From an uncultured Gammaproteobacteria bacterium (GTDB lineage Bacteria; Patescibacteriota; Microgenomatia; CAYGWK01): a stretch of DNA of 58,480 bases. How positions within the stretch are numbered: the stretch's first letter is position 1; each line of letters starts with the position of its first letter. The translations under genes were made by a program, and so were the position numbers. Below the pieces are notes generated by a model that worked only from the letters and a program-made list of their open reading frames with translations, did not search any database and was not told where the DNA came from. Positions 19,910-28,643 of this stretch are shown here, in pieces. The stretch lies in NCBI GenBank assembly GCA_964487495.1, contig CAZAPL010000033.1, positions 1-58,480 on the forward strand. Direction: 5' to 3'.

Positions 19910-20929
19910 TTATATTGGCAATCTTGACCTAGCCCTTAAAAACAGCCAGCGAATTTTATCGGTTAAATTATAAAGGAAATAAAGATGAGGGTTTAATACC
20001 AGGTCATAAGTACCGATAAATTCAATAAGTTTTGGGGCAAAGCCAAGTTTGAAGCGGTGGAAACCATACCAAGGATTTAAAGGAGAAGGATTTGGTCCTG
20101 GTGTCCCCCAAAGATCAAAGATTTTGCATTTTTTTCTCTTCCCAAACTGAATTGCCTCCCACATCATCGCATAAGAGGGCATTACTTCTTTATGTTCCCG
20201 AGAAGAACCTCCATATGGATAATATAAAATGTTATTAAAAACAAAAAGAACCCAGGAAACGAGAGGTTTTCCTTTATAAGTGGCCAGCAGAAGATGAGCA
20301 ATTCCTGCAGGATAAAGAGTTTCCCACATCTTTCGGTGATAATCCTTAGTGTGAGAGTAAAATCCTTGTCTTTTGGTAGTTTCAAAAAGAAGTTCTAAGT
20401 GAGTTTCGAAGGCTTCGGTTGAGTTGTTTTCTTTAACTTCAACTCCGTATTTTTGAGAAAGACGTAGGTTATAACGAGTTTTAGGATGCATTGCTTTTAA
20501 GAGTTCTTCATCGTTTTTTTCAAGATCTAGCCAGAAAGTATATTTTGGGAAATTTGGTTTTCCTGGTCTACATTTGTTTTTTAAAAGGAATTGGTTAATA
20601 TTTTCGAATCCAGATCCTCTTTGAACCGCCGGTTCCATTTTTACAAAGATAGCATTTTCTTCTCTCCCAATTTTTTCCAAGGCTTGAAGCATTAACTTGT
20701 CGGGGAGAGGCCCTCGGGGTAAATAGATTATGGCATATTTAGTATGAGGGAGAGGATGAATTGTTATTTGAAATCCAGATATTAATTTATTTTCTTCAAA
20801 AACCCCTAACCTTATTACCTTTTGCCCAATTTTTTTTCTGAATTCTCCCCATTCCCAAGATTGGAGAGGGTGGGAAACCAAAGAATTAAATTTTTCTTTT
20901 TCTTCTTCTAGAACTTCGCGAATAATCAT
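19910..20929 (-). CDS. FemAB-family peptidoglycan interpeptide-bridge aminoacyltransferase
   Basis: 339 aa. HPLQSWEWGEFR start, HPKTRYNLRLSQK and YYPYGGSSREHKEVMPSY...FDLWG are typical of FemX/FemAB. Confidence 0.8.
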   Translation of the reverse strand: MIIREVLEEEKEKFNSLVSHPLQSWEWGEFRKKIGQKVIRLGVFEENKLISGFQITIHPLPHTKYAIIYLPRGPLPDKLMLQALEKIGREENAIFVKMEPAVQRGSGFENINQFLLKNKCRPGKPNFPKYTFWLDLEKNDEELLKAMHPKTRYNLRLSQKYGVEVKENNSTEAFETHLELLFETTKRQGFYSHTKDYHRKMWETLYPAGIAHLLLATYKGKPLVSWVLFVFNNILYYPYGGSSREHKEVMPSYAMMWEAIQFGKRKKCKIFDLWGTPGPNPSPLNPWYGFHRFKLGFAPKLIEFIGTYDLVLNPHLYFLYNLTDKIRWLFLRARSRLPI

Positions 20930-20931
20930 TT

Positions 20932-22752
20932 TCAGTATTCCGTTTCTATAATTTCAAAAAGATTTTTAGGAATTTCCTCGATGAATCTTGAAGGGTAATT
21001 TTCAAGGAAAGTACCGAAATATAATCTCTTTCTGGCATAAGAAAGAAATAGTTTTTCTTTTGCCCTAGTTATTGCAACATAACAGAGTCTTCTTTCTTCT
21101 TCAAGTTCATAAAGATCAAAAAGAGAACGCGAATGAGGAAATAATCCTTCTTCCATCCCAACAATAAAAACAACCGAAAATTCCAAACCTTTAGCAGCAT
21201 GAGCAGTCATAAGACTAACTGCATTTTTGGAATCTTTGTTTTTAGGAGAGTTATCAGGCAAGGATTCTTTTTGAATTAAGGAAACATTTTCAAGGAAAGA
21301 AATTAAATCGGGGAATTCGCTGGCGACTGAGCGAAGTTCTTTAATGTTTTCTAATCGATAAAAATCTTCCTCAAATTGCGGATTATAAAGTTCAAGATAA
21401 TTTGTTTCCTTGATGATTCTATCTAAAATCTTTAGCGTATTTATTTTTTTTATTTCTTTCTTTTTTAAGTCTTTAACCAATTCTAAGAATTTTTCAGTCC
21501 TTTTTTTTCCTAATTTTTCAATTCTCTTATAAGAAATTATATCATTTTGGTTAACTAGGAAGCGGAGAAAGGCTAAGACGTCCTTGATTTCTTTTCTTTC
21601 GTAGAATTTTGTTCCGCCAACTAAGATGTAAGGGATTCCTGCATGCAGGAAGGCTTCTTCGATTACTCTTGATTGGGCGTTAGTTCGGTATAAGACAGCA
21701 CATTCTTTTAGGGGATAGGATAATTTTTTTATAGTTTTAACGATAAATTGGGCTTCGTCGTTTTCATTTTTGGCTTCATAAATTTTGATATTTTCGCCTT
21801 CGGGATTTTTGGTCCAAAGTTTTAGGATTGGGTGGGATTGATTATGCTTTATCACCTCAAAAGCAGCATCCAAAATTTTCTGGGTTGATCGGTAATTTTG
21901 TTCAAGATTGATTATTTTTAAATCAGGGAAGTCTTCTTTTAAATACATTAAATTTCGGAAATCTGCTCCTCTGAATCCGTAGATTGATTGACTGGCATCG
22001 CCTACTACACAAAGATTGCGGAATTTTTGGGCTAAAAGTTTAGCCAAAACATATTGAACTCGGTTTGTGTCTTGCCATTCATCAATTAAGATATATTGAA
22101 AACGATTTTGGTATTTCTCTAGTACTTCTTGGTTATTTTGGAAAAGTTTAACTGTTTCCACTAAAAGATCATCAAAGTCTAAAGCATTTTGATTTTTAAG
22201 GAGTTTTTGATAAAGAGGATATACTCTTAATACCTGTTCTTGAAAAGTACCACGGGCAAATTTTGGATATTCTAATGGAGAGATAAGTTCATTTTTGGCC
22301 TGAGAGATGGAATTAAGAAAAGCACCTGGGCTGAATGTTTTTTGAGAAATATTAAGTTTTTCCATTGCTTCTTTGATTGTTTCTAGTTGGTCATTTTCGT
22401 CAAAGATTACAAAATTAGAAGGAATTCCGATTTTATGACCATCGTTTCGTAAAATTTTGGCGCAAAAAGAATGAAAAGTGCCAGCAAAAGGGGGGTTTAA
22501 ATTTTGGGTTTCATAATTCATTTTTAAAATTTTGCTAATTCTTTTTTTCATCTCTTCTGCGGCTTTATTGGTAAAGGTTAAAAGGAGGATTTTTTCCGGA
22601 TTTATTTTCTTTTCAGAGATAAGATAGGCTGCTTTATAGGTTAAAGCACGAGTTTTTCCCGAGCCAGCACCGGCTAAGATAAGCAAAGGGCCTTCTCCAT
22701 AAAGGACTGCTTCTTGTTGAGAGGGATTTAAAAAAGATATAATATCATTCAT
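20932..22752 (-). CDS. pcrA: UvrD/PcrA-type DNA helicase (compact form)
   Basis: MNDIISFLNPSQQEAV...AGAGSGKT, IDEWQDTN, VGDASQSIYGFRGA, NYRST, TAHAAKGLEFSVVF and YVAITRAK motifs. Start placed at the Met giving the canonical N-terminus; the ORF-track start is 22794. Confidence 0.88.
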   Translation of the reverse strand: MNDIISFLNPSQQEAVLYGEGPLLILAGAGSGKTRALTYKAAYLISEKKINPEKILLLTFTNKAAEEMKKRISKILKMNYETQNLNPPFAGTFHSFCAKILRNDGHKIGIPSNFVIFDENDQLETIKEAMEKLNISQKTFSPGAFLNSISQAKNELISPLEYPKFARGTFQEQVLRVYPLYQKLLKNQNALDFDDLLVETVKLFQNNQEVLEKYQNRFQYILIDEWQDTNRVQYVLAKLLAQKFRNLCVVGDASQSIYGFRGADFRNLMYLKEDFPDLKIINLEQNYRSTQKILDAAFEVIKHNQSHPILKLWTKNPEGENIKIYEAKNENDEAQFIVKTIKKLSYPLKECAVLYRTNAQSRVIEEAFLHAGIPYILVGGTKFYERKEIKDVLAFLRFLVNQNDIISYKRIEKLGKKRTEKFLELVKDLKKKEIKKINTLKILDRIIKETNYLELYNPQFEEDFYRLENIKELRSVASEFPDLISFLENVSLIQKESLPDNSPKNKDSKNAVSLMTAHAAKGLEFSVVFIVGMEEGLFPHSRSLFDLYELEEERRLCYVAITRAKEKLFLSYARKRLYFGTFLENYPSRFIEEIPKNLFEIIETEY

Positions 22753-23695
22753 GGGCGTTTCCATTTTACCAAAAAAGAGGCTCTTTTTGATCATAGAAAT
22801 TTTCTTTTTAATTATTTTTTTTCTTTTTTCTTCTGCTTTTAGTTTTTTTTATTTTTATCAAGGAAAAGAGAAAGTAAATCTTCTTCTTTTGGGCGAATCA
22901 GGCCCTGGACGCGAAGGGGCAACATTAACGGATACGATGATATTTGCTTCTGTTTCTAAAAAGGGAATTATTCTTCTTTCTATTCCTCGGGACATTTGGT
23001 ATCAACCCCTTCAGACAAAGATTAATTCTCTAAATTTCTATGGAGGATTACCCTTGGTCAAAAGGGTGGTTGAAGAAATTTTAGGGCAAAAAATAGACAT
23101 GGTTTTTTTAGTCGATTTTGATTCTTTTGTAGAATTTATTGATGTTTTAGGGGGGATAGATATATATGTGGAAAGAGCCTTTGATGATTTTAAGTATCCA
23201 ATCCCCGGCAAAGAAAACGACCTTTGTAATGGAGACAAAAGTTTCTCCTGCCGATACGAACATATTCATTTTGATTCAGGCTGGCAGCATATGGACGGAG
23301 AAACAACTTTAAAGTTTGTTCGTTCACGTCAAGCCGAAGGGGAAGAAGGAACAGATTTTGCGCGTTCTCTCCGCCAGCAGAAGGTGATTGAGGCTGTTAA
23401 ATCGAAAATTTTTTCTTTTAGTTTTTTGCTTGATTATCAAAAGATTTCTTCTATTTTGAAAATTTTTAGAGAGAAAATCAAAAAGGATATTGGCTCAGTA
23501 AATGATTTGTTTTCTTTAGGGAAAATATTGATTTATCCTTCCTCGAGAAAGGCAAGTTCTTTTGTTTTAGAAGGTAAAGATTCCTCTGGAGAGTTTTTAT
23601 ATCATCCAAAATTTCATTATTCAGGGCAGTGGGTTCTTTTACCTGTTGGCGGAAACTGGGAGAAAATTCAAAAATTTGTTTCCTCAATTTTATAG
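22751..23695 (+). CDS. LytR-CpsA-Psr (LCP) family cell-wall glycopolymer transferase
   Basis: N-terminal TM, then NLLLLGESG...TDTMIFASV...LSIPRDIW and VRSRQAEGEEGTDFARSLRQQ, typical of LCP. Confidence 0.85.
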   Translation: MGVSILPKKRLFLIIEIFFLIIFFLFSSAFSFFYFYQGKEKVNLLLLGESGPGREGATLTDTMIFASVSKKGIILLSIPRDIWYQPLQTKINSLNFYGGLPLVKRVVEEILGQKIDMVFLVDFDSFVEFIDVLGGIDIYVERAFDDFKYPIPGKENDLCNGDKSFSCRYEHIHFDSGWQHMDGETTLKFVRSRQAEGEEGTDFARSLRQQKVIEAVKSKIFSFSFLLDYQKISSILKIFREKIKKDIGSVNDLFSLGKILIYPSSRKASSFVLEGKDSSGEFLYHPKFHYSGQWVLLPVGGNWEKIQKFVSSIL

Positions 23696-25716
23696 ATTTT
23701 AGTTTTCCCGCTTTTAAAAATAATTTTCCCAATTTTAGAGAATTTTTCTTCTGAAATTTTATATTTTTCTCTTTCTTTGCTACCAATGAAAATATAAGAG
23801 ATATTGTATTTTTTTAATAGCGCTAAAGTTTGGTTTTTATCATTTGTTTCGTAAATTGTTTGAACTTCACTTGCTCTTTTTCCTGGTTCTTCAAAACCCC
23901 CTCGCCAAAGCCATTCGTGAACTAACCATCCTTGGATTGTTGGCAGTCCTGTTAAAGAAGAAACGCGATTAAATAGAGTGTAGCTGTCACCTGCTGCCTC
24001 AAGAACTTTTGGTTGGCCATTTATGTTTTTTTTAAGCCAAAGAATTGCTTGGTAATCATCAGGAGATGAATTTTTAAGGAAGGAGATTCCGTTTAACCCT
24101 TGGTATTTTCTTAAACCTTCGTAGTAGGAAAGAATCGCAAAACGGGGATAAATTCCTAAAATGAAAAAGAGAAAGAATAAAATAACAAAAGAATAGAAAA
24201 TTTTCAAGGCCTTGTTTTTAATTTTTTTCAATATTTTGTAAATAATGTAGAAGGTACTTAGATAAAACATTACAAATGCTTGATAAGTAAATTTAAACAT
24301 GGTGTTTGCTCTTTGATAAGAATGGATATAAATGTCTTTAAAATAAAAAACTTCAGGGAAGAGGATTAGAAACCAAGAAAAAGCAAAAATGGTGGCGATG
24401 AGGATTTCTGTTTTTTGGAAACCCCCTTTTTCTTTTACCACTTTAATTAAATAAACTAAAAAACTTAAAGTTAAAAATAAAGGGAACCCCCAAAGAACCA
24501 AAAGCATCCAAAAAGGGGAATGAAAATCTGTTAACCTTATTCCTTGAGTAAGATTTTTAAAATTAAGGTGAAAGGGTAAGGCAAAAATTAGCGAACCGGC
24601 AAAAACGGGAAAGACTAAGGAAATGGTTTTGGTAATTGTTTTTAGAGAGAAACGATTTTTTAAGTAATTAAAAACTAAGATAAGAAGGCTAAACAAAAGA
24701 GTATAAATGGCAAAATCCCAGGCGTTAGTCATATAAAATATAGCCAGAAGAAGAGATAAAAAAAGGAAAGATGGCCAAAAAACTTTTTCTGAATTTTCGA
24801 AAATAATTGCCAGAATTAGGCCTAAAAAGAGCAAGACATTGGGGAGATTTAAAAGATGACCATGGAGATCGGCAACAACGAAACTATAGATTGGGAATTC
24901 ATGAATAGTGTTATCGGCGGCCCCAAATTTTTCGACAATAAAACGAGTGGCATCAGGATACCAATAGCCTTTATAGTTGCCATGGTTTATTAAATACCAG
25001 AGGGGGTGCAAGTTGCCGCCGAGGGTGAGCAAAAAGGCAGTCAATAGCCCGATAATTAGCGATAATTTTTGGTTTTCTTTTTTTGAGTTTAGAAAAACAA
25101 GATTTGCGCCTATTGAAAATGAAGCGCTGAAACTTAAGGCAAATAGACTGGCAATTAGCAGATTATAAGTAATTGCTGAATCAATAGTGGAAAGTTTGGT
25201 TAGGACTGCAGAAACTAGGTGGCCAAAGTAGTAATAATTTATACTTTCTCCAGCAAACCACATATCCTGAGGCGGGAAGTATTTACTTCTAAGAATTGAA
25301 TTAACAAAGCCAAAATCCATAAATTTTTCCAATCCTTCAATATTTGGTTGAAATCCGCGGATACAAGACCAGAAATTTAAGGTTAGCAAAAAAATTATTT
25401 CCTCAAGGACAATAGTTTGCCATTGATTTTTAATTTTTTGGGAGAACTCTTTTTTGAAAATTTTGATAATTAAAAGATTGGGAAACAGCAAGACAATGAT
25501 AATAAGTAAAACCGAGGAAAAAGAAAATGGCAAAATTTTTAAACTCCCCAAAAGCCAGGTTAAATAACTAACCATTAAAACCGCAATTATTTTTGAAAAT
25601 CCATATCCTGAGTCAAAAAAATTTTTAAAGAACCACCAGGTTAAAGGAAAAAAGATTATTCCCAATCCAAAAAGTAAAAACCACCAATAAAAAATTAAAA
25701 AAAAGTCATTTGTCAT
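23668..25716 (-). CDS. DUF2298 (YYY-motif) polytopic membrane protein
   Basis: 682 aa with many TM segments and the signature INYYYFGH. The soluble C-terminal domain contains the motif GWLVHEWLWRG. Confidence 0.7.
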   Translation of the reverse strand: MTNDFFLIFYWWFLLFGLGIIFFPLTWWFFKNFFDSGYGFSKIIAVLMVSYLTWLLGSLKILPFSFSSVLLIIIVLLFPNLLIIKIFKKEFSQKIKNQWQTIVLEEIIFLLTLNFWSCIRGFQPNIEGLEKFMDFGFVNSILRSKYFPPQDMWFAGESINYYYFGHLVSAVLTKLSTIDSAITYNLLIASLFALSFSASFSIGANLVFLNSKKENQKLSLIIGLLTAFLLTLGGNLHPLWYLINHGNYKGYWYPDATRFIVEKFGAADNTIHEFPIYSFVVADLHGHLLNLPNVLLFLGLILAIIFENSEKVFWPSFLFLSLLLAIFYMTNAWDFAIYTLLFSLLILVFNYLKNRFSLKTITKTISLVFPVFAGSLIFALPFHLNFKNLTQGIRLTDFHSPFWMLLVLWGFPLFLTLSFLVYLIKVVKEKGGFQKTEILIATIFAFSWFLILFPEVFYFKDIYIHSYQRANTMFKFTYQAFVMFYLSTFYIIYKILKKIKNKALKIFYSFVILFFLFFILGIYPRFAILSYYEGLRKYQGLNGISFLKNSSPDDYQAILWLKKNINGQPKVLEAAGDSYTLFNRVSSLTGLPTIQGWLVHEWLWRGGFEEPGKRASEVQTIYETNDKNQTLALLKKYNISYIFIGSKEREKYKISEEKFSKIGKIIFKSGKTKIYKIEETNF

Positions 25717-27379
25717 AAGAAAGAATGTTTTTTAAGGTTTGGCTTGAAAAATGGCGAGTATTTTTAAAAATTATGACTTTTGGATGGTCATAGACTTGAA
25801 AGGTTTCTTCGCTTTTATCATCGTTTATGGTTAGACCAAAAAGATTAGGGTAAGAAGAAAATTCGGCAATTTGACTGTAGCCTAATTGGCCTGAAAACAA
25901 AAGTTTGTAATAACGACTAGTTATAGGATATTTTTCCGGAAGATTTATTAAGGTTCCGTAAAGGCGGCGGCTGTTTACGATAATATAGTCTGCCTGAGAG
26001 AGTTTTTCTGAATAATAGTTAATTTTTTGAACTCCGTCTGAGTCATAAATGGTTAATTGTTCAATTTTGTATTGATTTGGGTGAAAAGGAGGAATTTCTA
26101 TTGGTAAACTGTCATCCCAATGTTCAGTTAGTAATTTTTCTCCTTTAGGGATATTTTGATAAATCCAGCGTGAGGCAGTTATTCTTGTTGATTCTTTAGC
26201 ATAAATTGAGAAAAAGGAAATTGCCCAAAAAAAAGTAGTAGTTGCCCCCAGGAAAATTAGGATTTTTCCTGCTTTGGGGAAATGTTTTCCAATTTCGTCT
26301 ATGAACCAGGAAGAAGAAATTATTAAAAATGGCAAAACAGGGAGCATGTAACGGATAAATTTAGTGTGCCATGAGCCAACATAAAGAAAATAGGAAATGG
26401 GGAAGGAAAGAAAAACGAGAAGTTTTTTGTTGCCATTTTTAATGGTCTTTATAAGGATAAGAATCGTCCCTAGAATTCCTAAAAAGGCAATTGGCCCCAT
26501 TTGCCAAAAAAAATTTTTAATTTGGAAAAGATAAGGAAGAGTTTTCTCGAATTGGAGAGTATAAACTACTCTTAGTTTGCCTGTGGCAACACCTGATTCA
26601 TAAATCATTGATTCCCAAAATTTAGGGAAGTCTAAAAAAACATAAGGAGAAAAAAAGGAAAAGACCACAAAAGCTAAAAAAAGAGAAAATAAAAATTTTA
26701 AATGGTTTTTTAAGTATTTAAAGTGATAAAGAAAATGGGCAGCTGAAGGAATTATCAAAAAAGCAAGAGATGATATTTTGGTTGCTGTTGCTAATCCCAG
26801 AATGGTCCCTATTTTAAAATAATTTTTGATTAGCGGTTTCTCGATTATTTCAAAAGTAAAATTTAAAACTAGGAAAAGCCAAAAAACAAGCATACTTTCG
26901 GTTACGCCAAAATGGGCGGTTTGGATAAGAGAAGGGCAAAAGGCAACTAAAAATGCTGATAAAAGGCCAATTTTCTCATTCCAAATTCTCTTGGATAAAA
27001 GAAATACCAGCAAAATGGTAAAGGTTGAAAGAAGAGCAGAGACACTTCGGCCAATAAGATTAATATGGGCCCAATTGGAAATCCAATTTTTATCTCTAGT
27101 TATTAGGAACAAAAAATCGCCAATTGCTCGATAAAGATAAATTGGAAAACTGCCATAGGCAAAAAATTTTGGGTTTAACTGGTCAAAAAAATGGATTCGA
27201 GAAACGGCAAGAGCAATATTTCTCTCATCGGGATGAAAGAAATGACCTTCGTCCCAGTTTAAATTATAAAAGCGCAAGAAACCACCAGAAACAGTAATAA
27301 TTAGTAATAAGTAGAGTGATTTTGATTTAAGGGGTTTAAAAATTTTCAATCTCATTGGCAATTTTTTCTCCTTCTTCAA
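25706..27379 (-). CDS. GT-C fold glycosyltransferase (GT39-like)
   Basis: 557 aa, polytopic, with FHPDERN and PIYLY loop motifs and a soluble C-terminal domain. Its start overlaps the upstream flavoprotein gene. Confidence 0.65.
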   Translation of the reverse strand: MKKEKKLPMRLKIFKPLKSKSLYLLLIITVSGGFLRFYNLNWDEGHFFHPDERNIALAVSRIHFFDQLNPKFFAYGSFPIYLYRAIGDFLFLITRDKNWISNWAHINLIGRSVSALLSTFTILLVFLLSKRIWNEKIGLLSAFLVAFCPSLIQTAHFGVTESMLVFWLFLVLNFTFEIIEKPLIKNYFKIGTILGLATATKISSLAFLIIPSAAHFLYHFKYLKNHLKFLFSLFLAFVVFSFFSPYVFLDFPKFWESMIYESGVATGKLRVVYTLQFEKTLPYLFQIKNFFWQMGPIAFLGILGTILILIKTIKNGNKKLLVFLSFPISYFLYVGSWHTKFIRYMLPVLPFLIISSSWFIDEIGKHFPKAGKILIFLGATTTFFWAISFFSIYAKESTRITASRWIYQNIPKGEKLLTEHWDDSLPIEIPPFHPNQYKIEQLTIYDSDGVQKINYYSEKLSQADYIIVNSRRLYGTLINLPEKYPITSRYYKLLFSGQLGYSQIAEFSSYPNLFGLTINDDKSEETFQVYDHPKVIIFKNTRHFSSQTLKNILSYDK

Positions 27380-28613
27380 TAGCGTAGTTTATTCCCCTAT
27401 CCCAGGGGTAAATTTGCTGCATATTTGCAAGATAGACATTTGGAATTGGAGTTTTATGGGGGAGGATAATTTTTGAATACTCCAAGGGTATTAAAGGTTG
27501 AGCATTGGGAGCAGTAAATAACAAATAGTAGATAGTAAATTTGGAGAAATCAAATCGGGGGTTGATTTTTTGAAGATAAGGAAGGAATTTTTTAAAAATT
27601 TCTTCTTTTCCCATTTTAAAGTAAGGGTGATTTTGGGGATAATAGCCGCCAAGGTAGACAATATAGTTTCCCCCATAGTGTTTTTTATCAATAAAATTTG
27701 TATGTTCCACAAGAGCAACAAAAGGAAAGTTTTTCTCATTGATGCTTAGCCAGTAGGTATTGTCGGTTAGAAATTGTTTTTTTAAAACTAAGATCAAGTT
27801 TAAAGCGCCAAACATTTCAAAACTTTTAAGAATTCTTGCCCATTTTTCTATTTTATCATGGTCTTTACTTAAAAAATTTTTGCTTTTTTGGATAATTTTA
27901 TAAAATTCTGAATTAGGAACAGTAACAATAATTTTGTTAAAATGATTCAAATCATTTAAACTAGAGATTTGCCTGTTTAATTTGATTTCTCCATCATTTT
28001 CTTTTATTTTTTTGATTAACGCATTAATAAGGGTTTGAAATCCACCCTCAAGATATCCTAGTTTCTGGCTTCTTTTTTTAATTCTTGCCCAAAACCAAGA
28101 CATAGAAATTTTTGGGGCACTATTGCCAAATTTTGCTTTAAGTAAAGGCTCCCATAAAATCTTATAGGGTTTTTCTCCATAGTATTTTTTTAACCATTCC
28201 TGAGCAGAGATATTTTCAAATTTTTTCCAGTTTTTGGTTGTTTTAAGATAGAAAGTGGCAAATCCGGCTTGGAGTTTTTCTTTGAAAGAAAGAAAAGGGA
28301 AGTTTAAAAGAGATAAAGGAGAATCAAATTGGGAAATCTTTTTTTGGTAAAAAATCGAAGTTTTTGGTTTTAGGTAAAAAAGTTTCCTTGAAAGATTAAG
28401 CTCGGAAATTAGTTTTTTTGCTTCTTCGTCTGAAGGAAAAAGATGATGGTAAAAATATTCTAAATACCAGCGCCAATTTTTTTCTCGGAAACCGGCGGCT
28501 ATTCCTCCTGGGGATTTTCCTTTTTCAAAAATAAAAACTTTATGTTTTTTTTGGGATAGTTTATAAGCCGCAGTTAAACCAGTAAAACCGGCGCCAATAA
28601 TAGCAATTTCCAT
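27336..28613 (-). CDS. FAD/NAD(P)-binding oxidoreductase (amine-oxidase / phytoene-desaturase-like fold)
   Basis: MEIAIIGAGFTGLTAAYKL...IFEKGKSPGG is a dinucleotide-binding start. 425 aa, substrate unknown. Confidence 0.7.
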   Translation of the reverse strand: MEIAIIGAGFTGLTAAYKLSQKKHKVFIFEKGKSPGGIAAGFREKNWRWYLEYFYHHLFPSDEEAKKLISELNLSRKLFYLKPKTSIFYQKKISQFDSPLSLLNFPFLSFKEKLQAGFATFYLKTTKNWKKFENISAQEWLKKYYGEKPYKILWEPLLKAKFGNSAPKISMSWFWARIKKRSQKLGYLEGGFQTLINALIKKIKENDGEIKLNRQISSLNDLNHFNKIIVTVPNSEFYKIIQKSKNFLSKDHDKIEKWARILKSFEMFGALNLILVLKKQFLTDNTYWLSINEKNFPFVALVEHTNFIDKKHYGGNYIVYLGGYYPQNHPYFKMGKEEIFKKFLPYLQKINPRFDFSKFTIYYLLFTAPNAQPLIPLEYSKIILPHKTPIPNVYLANMQQIYPWDRGINYAIEEGEKIANEIENF

Positions 28614-28643
28614 AAATTATATTTTAGCATTTGGGGAAAGTGA

